In this document: piece by piece, positions 62,801 through 64,000 of the stretch
Layout of the letters: the number at the start of each line of letters is the position of its first letter
Position numbering within the stretch: the stretch's first letter is position 1
Assembly: GCA_043797125.1 (NCBI GenBank)
Contig: JAZDPX010000023.1
Coordinates: 67,098-131,097, forward strand
Direction of reading: 5' to 3'
Length of the DNA: 64,000 nt
From: Candidatus Omnitrophota bacterium
GTDB taxonomy: Bacteria; Omnitrophota; Gorgyraeia; JABMRG01; JAFGKX01
Program-made: the position numbers and the translations under genes
Notes under the pieces: model-generated
Told to the model about the DNA's origin: nothing
The model's input: the letters and a program-made list of their open reading frames with translations, nothing else
Database searches by the model: none

Positions 62801-64000
62801 GGCCTTGGAATGAATATAAAGGATTTTATGGCTTCATTAAGCCGTCTTAAACAGCCGCTGGGAGAATTTTTAGGAACAACCTCTATAGACTGGAAGACAG
62901 ACAAGGATGTGTGGGCATATTGGGCAGGCCAGGCTGTTCTGCAGGATGAAATAGGCGGCGACGGCGCCGCTGTAATAGAAGATATTTTAAAGACTATGAC
63001 GCGCAATAAAAACAAACTGGCGCAGATTAGCCCGCTAAAAGGCGCTTATACAGCGGATTATCTAAGAAACATACGGATAAAAGATAATTCATTGCTTAGC
63101 TTAGAAATCGCCGAGCCTATCCTAAGAGGAATAAGCGCAAGCAGCATAAACGAAAAAATAGATACAGCCGGCAAGATTAACAGAGATTTGCAATTGGTAT
63201 TTAAAGAAGGCAATGCCGGCTCTGTCGTTGATAACGCGGAATACAGGGATATTCTTTTCGGCCTTGCGGAAAAGGCGGTTTCGGGCGAGATAAAAGACGC
63301 AGAAAAATTCGCCAAGGCAATGGCTGATATTTCCAATTCCGCCGGCTTTCACAAGCTTCTGCCTTCGGGAATTTCGGTCTCCGATATAAAAGACCAAAAG
63401 AAACTCGCCATGCTTGAGTATTTTGCGCGGCTTAGCCTTGAGTATGAGTCTGTCAATATAAACATGGACACGCTTATGAACGACGTATCGACGCTTTCAC
63501 AAAGAAATGATTTTGGCTGGACCGCTCTGACATCGGGCAAGCTGGATATATTAGACGCAAGCCAGAGAGAAATTCTGGTATATTTTGCGCGACTCACCCA
63601 AACCGATAAAGGCGCCAAGGCTTTGGGCATATCCGAAATATCAAAGATCCTTGACATTATAAGCCTGAACGAAAACAGAATCCTTATCGCGCAATTGCTT
63701 AATCAGCAGGCGTTGGAAGGGCTAAATGATATAAACAGCGCCAATTTCATAAAACTTGTTAAAACCGCCGCGACCTTGCACGTATACAACATAAAAAGCG
63801 CGCAAGACCTTAAAAAGGCCGTGTCTATAAAAGATATGCTGGATAAGCTTTATAATCTGGAAGGCGCAGACAGGCTTTCTCTGTCAAATACAGATGACGA
63901 AACACTGATATTGAAATGGGTCGCTTTCGCAAACGCGCGGGACTTCGACTCTGTAAAGATTCTGGAAAAGATGCTCGAGTTTAAGCCGATTATAGAAGAC
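38819..64000 (+). CDS. giant gene, 5' end and at least 8,394 codons, 3' end beyond the window: Lys/Glu-rich giant membrane protein with an embedded SecA-like ATPase, an internal polytopic membrane module, repeats and a beta-rich segment
   Basis: ATG 38819 with RBS AAGGGGG; frame verified open by manual codon parsing to 64000; no complete plus-strand ORF in the track over this 25 kb, consistent with one frame never terminating; N-terminal hydrophobic anchor [22 protein letters not shown]. Confidence 0.8.
   Translation, partial: [8394 protein letters not shown]
43480..45270 (+). other. SecA-like motor ATPase region inside the giant ORF (NBD1, preprotein cross-linking domain, NBD2)
   Basis: [23 protein letters not shown] vs SecA [91 protein letters not shown] vs SecA [115 protein letters not shown] vs SecA [45 protein letters not shown]. 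Confidence 0.8.
45558..46290 (+). repeat. internal duplication within the giant ORF: ~100-nt near-identical segments at 45558-45655 and 46201-46290 encoding ASEIAEI(I/V)T...[13 protein letters not shown](S/D)E, part of a ~110-aa repeated module
   Basis: GAACTGGCAACGCAGATTAAACGCAGGATTATGAATGTA vs GAGCTGGCAACGCAGATTAAGCGCAGGATTATGAACGTA. Confidence 0.7.
46596..47775 (+). other. polytopic membrane module inside the giant ORF (~10 hydrophobic helices within ~390 aa)
   Basis: [179 protein letters not shown]. Confidence 0.7.
60040..60810 (+). other. beta-strand-rich segment inside the giant ORF (alternating hydrophobic/polar pattern, Gly/Ser/Thr-rich) followed by a Pro/Thr/Glu-rich linker (60810-61030)
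   Basis: [67 protein letters not shown]...[20 protein letters not shown]...[24 protein letters not shown]. Confidence 0.5.

Noticed and set aside
38590-63657. ~50 minus-strand ORFs of 60-375 aa in the track (e.g. 51208-52335, 46168-46980, 42148-42690, 43004-43297)
   Set aside because: All are Ser/Phe/Leu/Cys-rich low-complexity antisense shadows of the Lys/Glu-rich giant plus-strand frame. They have no RBS and no motifs and tile a region fully occupied by one coding frame on the other strand.

Overview
This 64 kb window appears to come from an uncultivated, moderately AT-rich bacterium with Lys/Glu-rich proteins. The gene content (Rnf complex, RND efflux, giant ORF) resembles candidate-phylum genomes such as Omnitrophota. 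Nothing was searched against databases; all calls are read from the sequence.

The first ~38 kb is ordinary, mostly plus-strand, tightly packed housekeeping and envelope genes:
- two tandem membrane-anchored SGNH/GDSL-type hydrolases;
- an RRM-type RNA-binding protein;
- a MarC-family membrane protein, a cNMP-binding protein, a FecR-domain secreted protein (minus strand), a CheY-like receiver and a TPR membrane protein;
- an outer-membrane-protein-like secreted protein and tRNA-Glu(CUC);
- a MerR-like regulator and an MshEN+2xPilZ c-di-GMP receptor;
- an atypical tRNA-like gene, tRNA-Thr(CGU) and an MFS transporter;
- a complete rnfCDGEAB operon followed by a frameshifted thioredoxin, an ASKHA-fold ATPase, purN, a phosphohexomutase, enolase, an FtsB-like protein and initiator-like tRNA-Met;
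- a PilZ protein and a ROK regulator;
- an efflux cluster of a TolC-like OMP with AMIN-like N-terminal repeats, an MFP, a TPR protein and two RND permeases, one carrying a C-terminal DeoR-like wHTH tail.

From 38819 to the window end a single reading frame stays open for at least 25,182 nt (at least 8,394 codons) and runs off the 3' edge. It encodes a giant Lys/Glu-rich protein with these parts:
- an N-terminal hydrophobic anchor;
- an unmistakable SecA-like motor ATPase (Walker A AGKGKTL, DEVD box, [29 protein letters not shown]...[13 protein letters not shown]);
- an internal ~400-aa polytopic membrane module;
- a duplicated ~100-aa module;
- long charged helical stretches;
- a beta-strand-rich segment followed by a Pro-rich linker.

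The giant ORF, with its embedded SecA-like motor and internal membrane module, is the most interesting feature in the window. All long minus-strand ORFs across this region are Ser/Phe/Leu-rich antisense shadows. Two families of short dispersed repeats, several near-consensus sigma70 promoters (some implying leaderless mRNAs) and intrinsic terminators are also visible.
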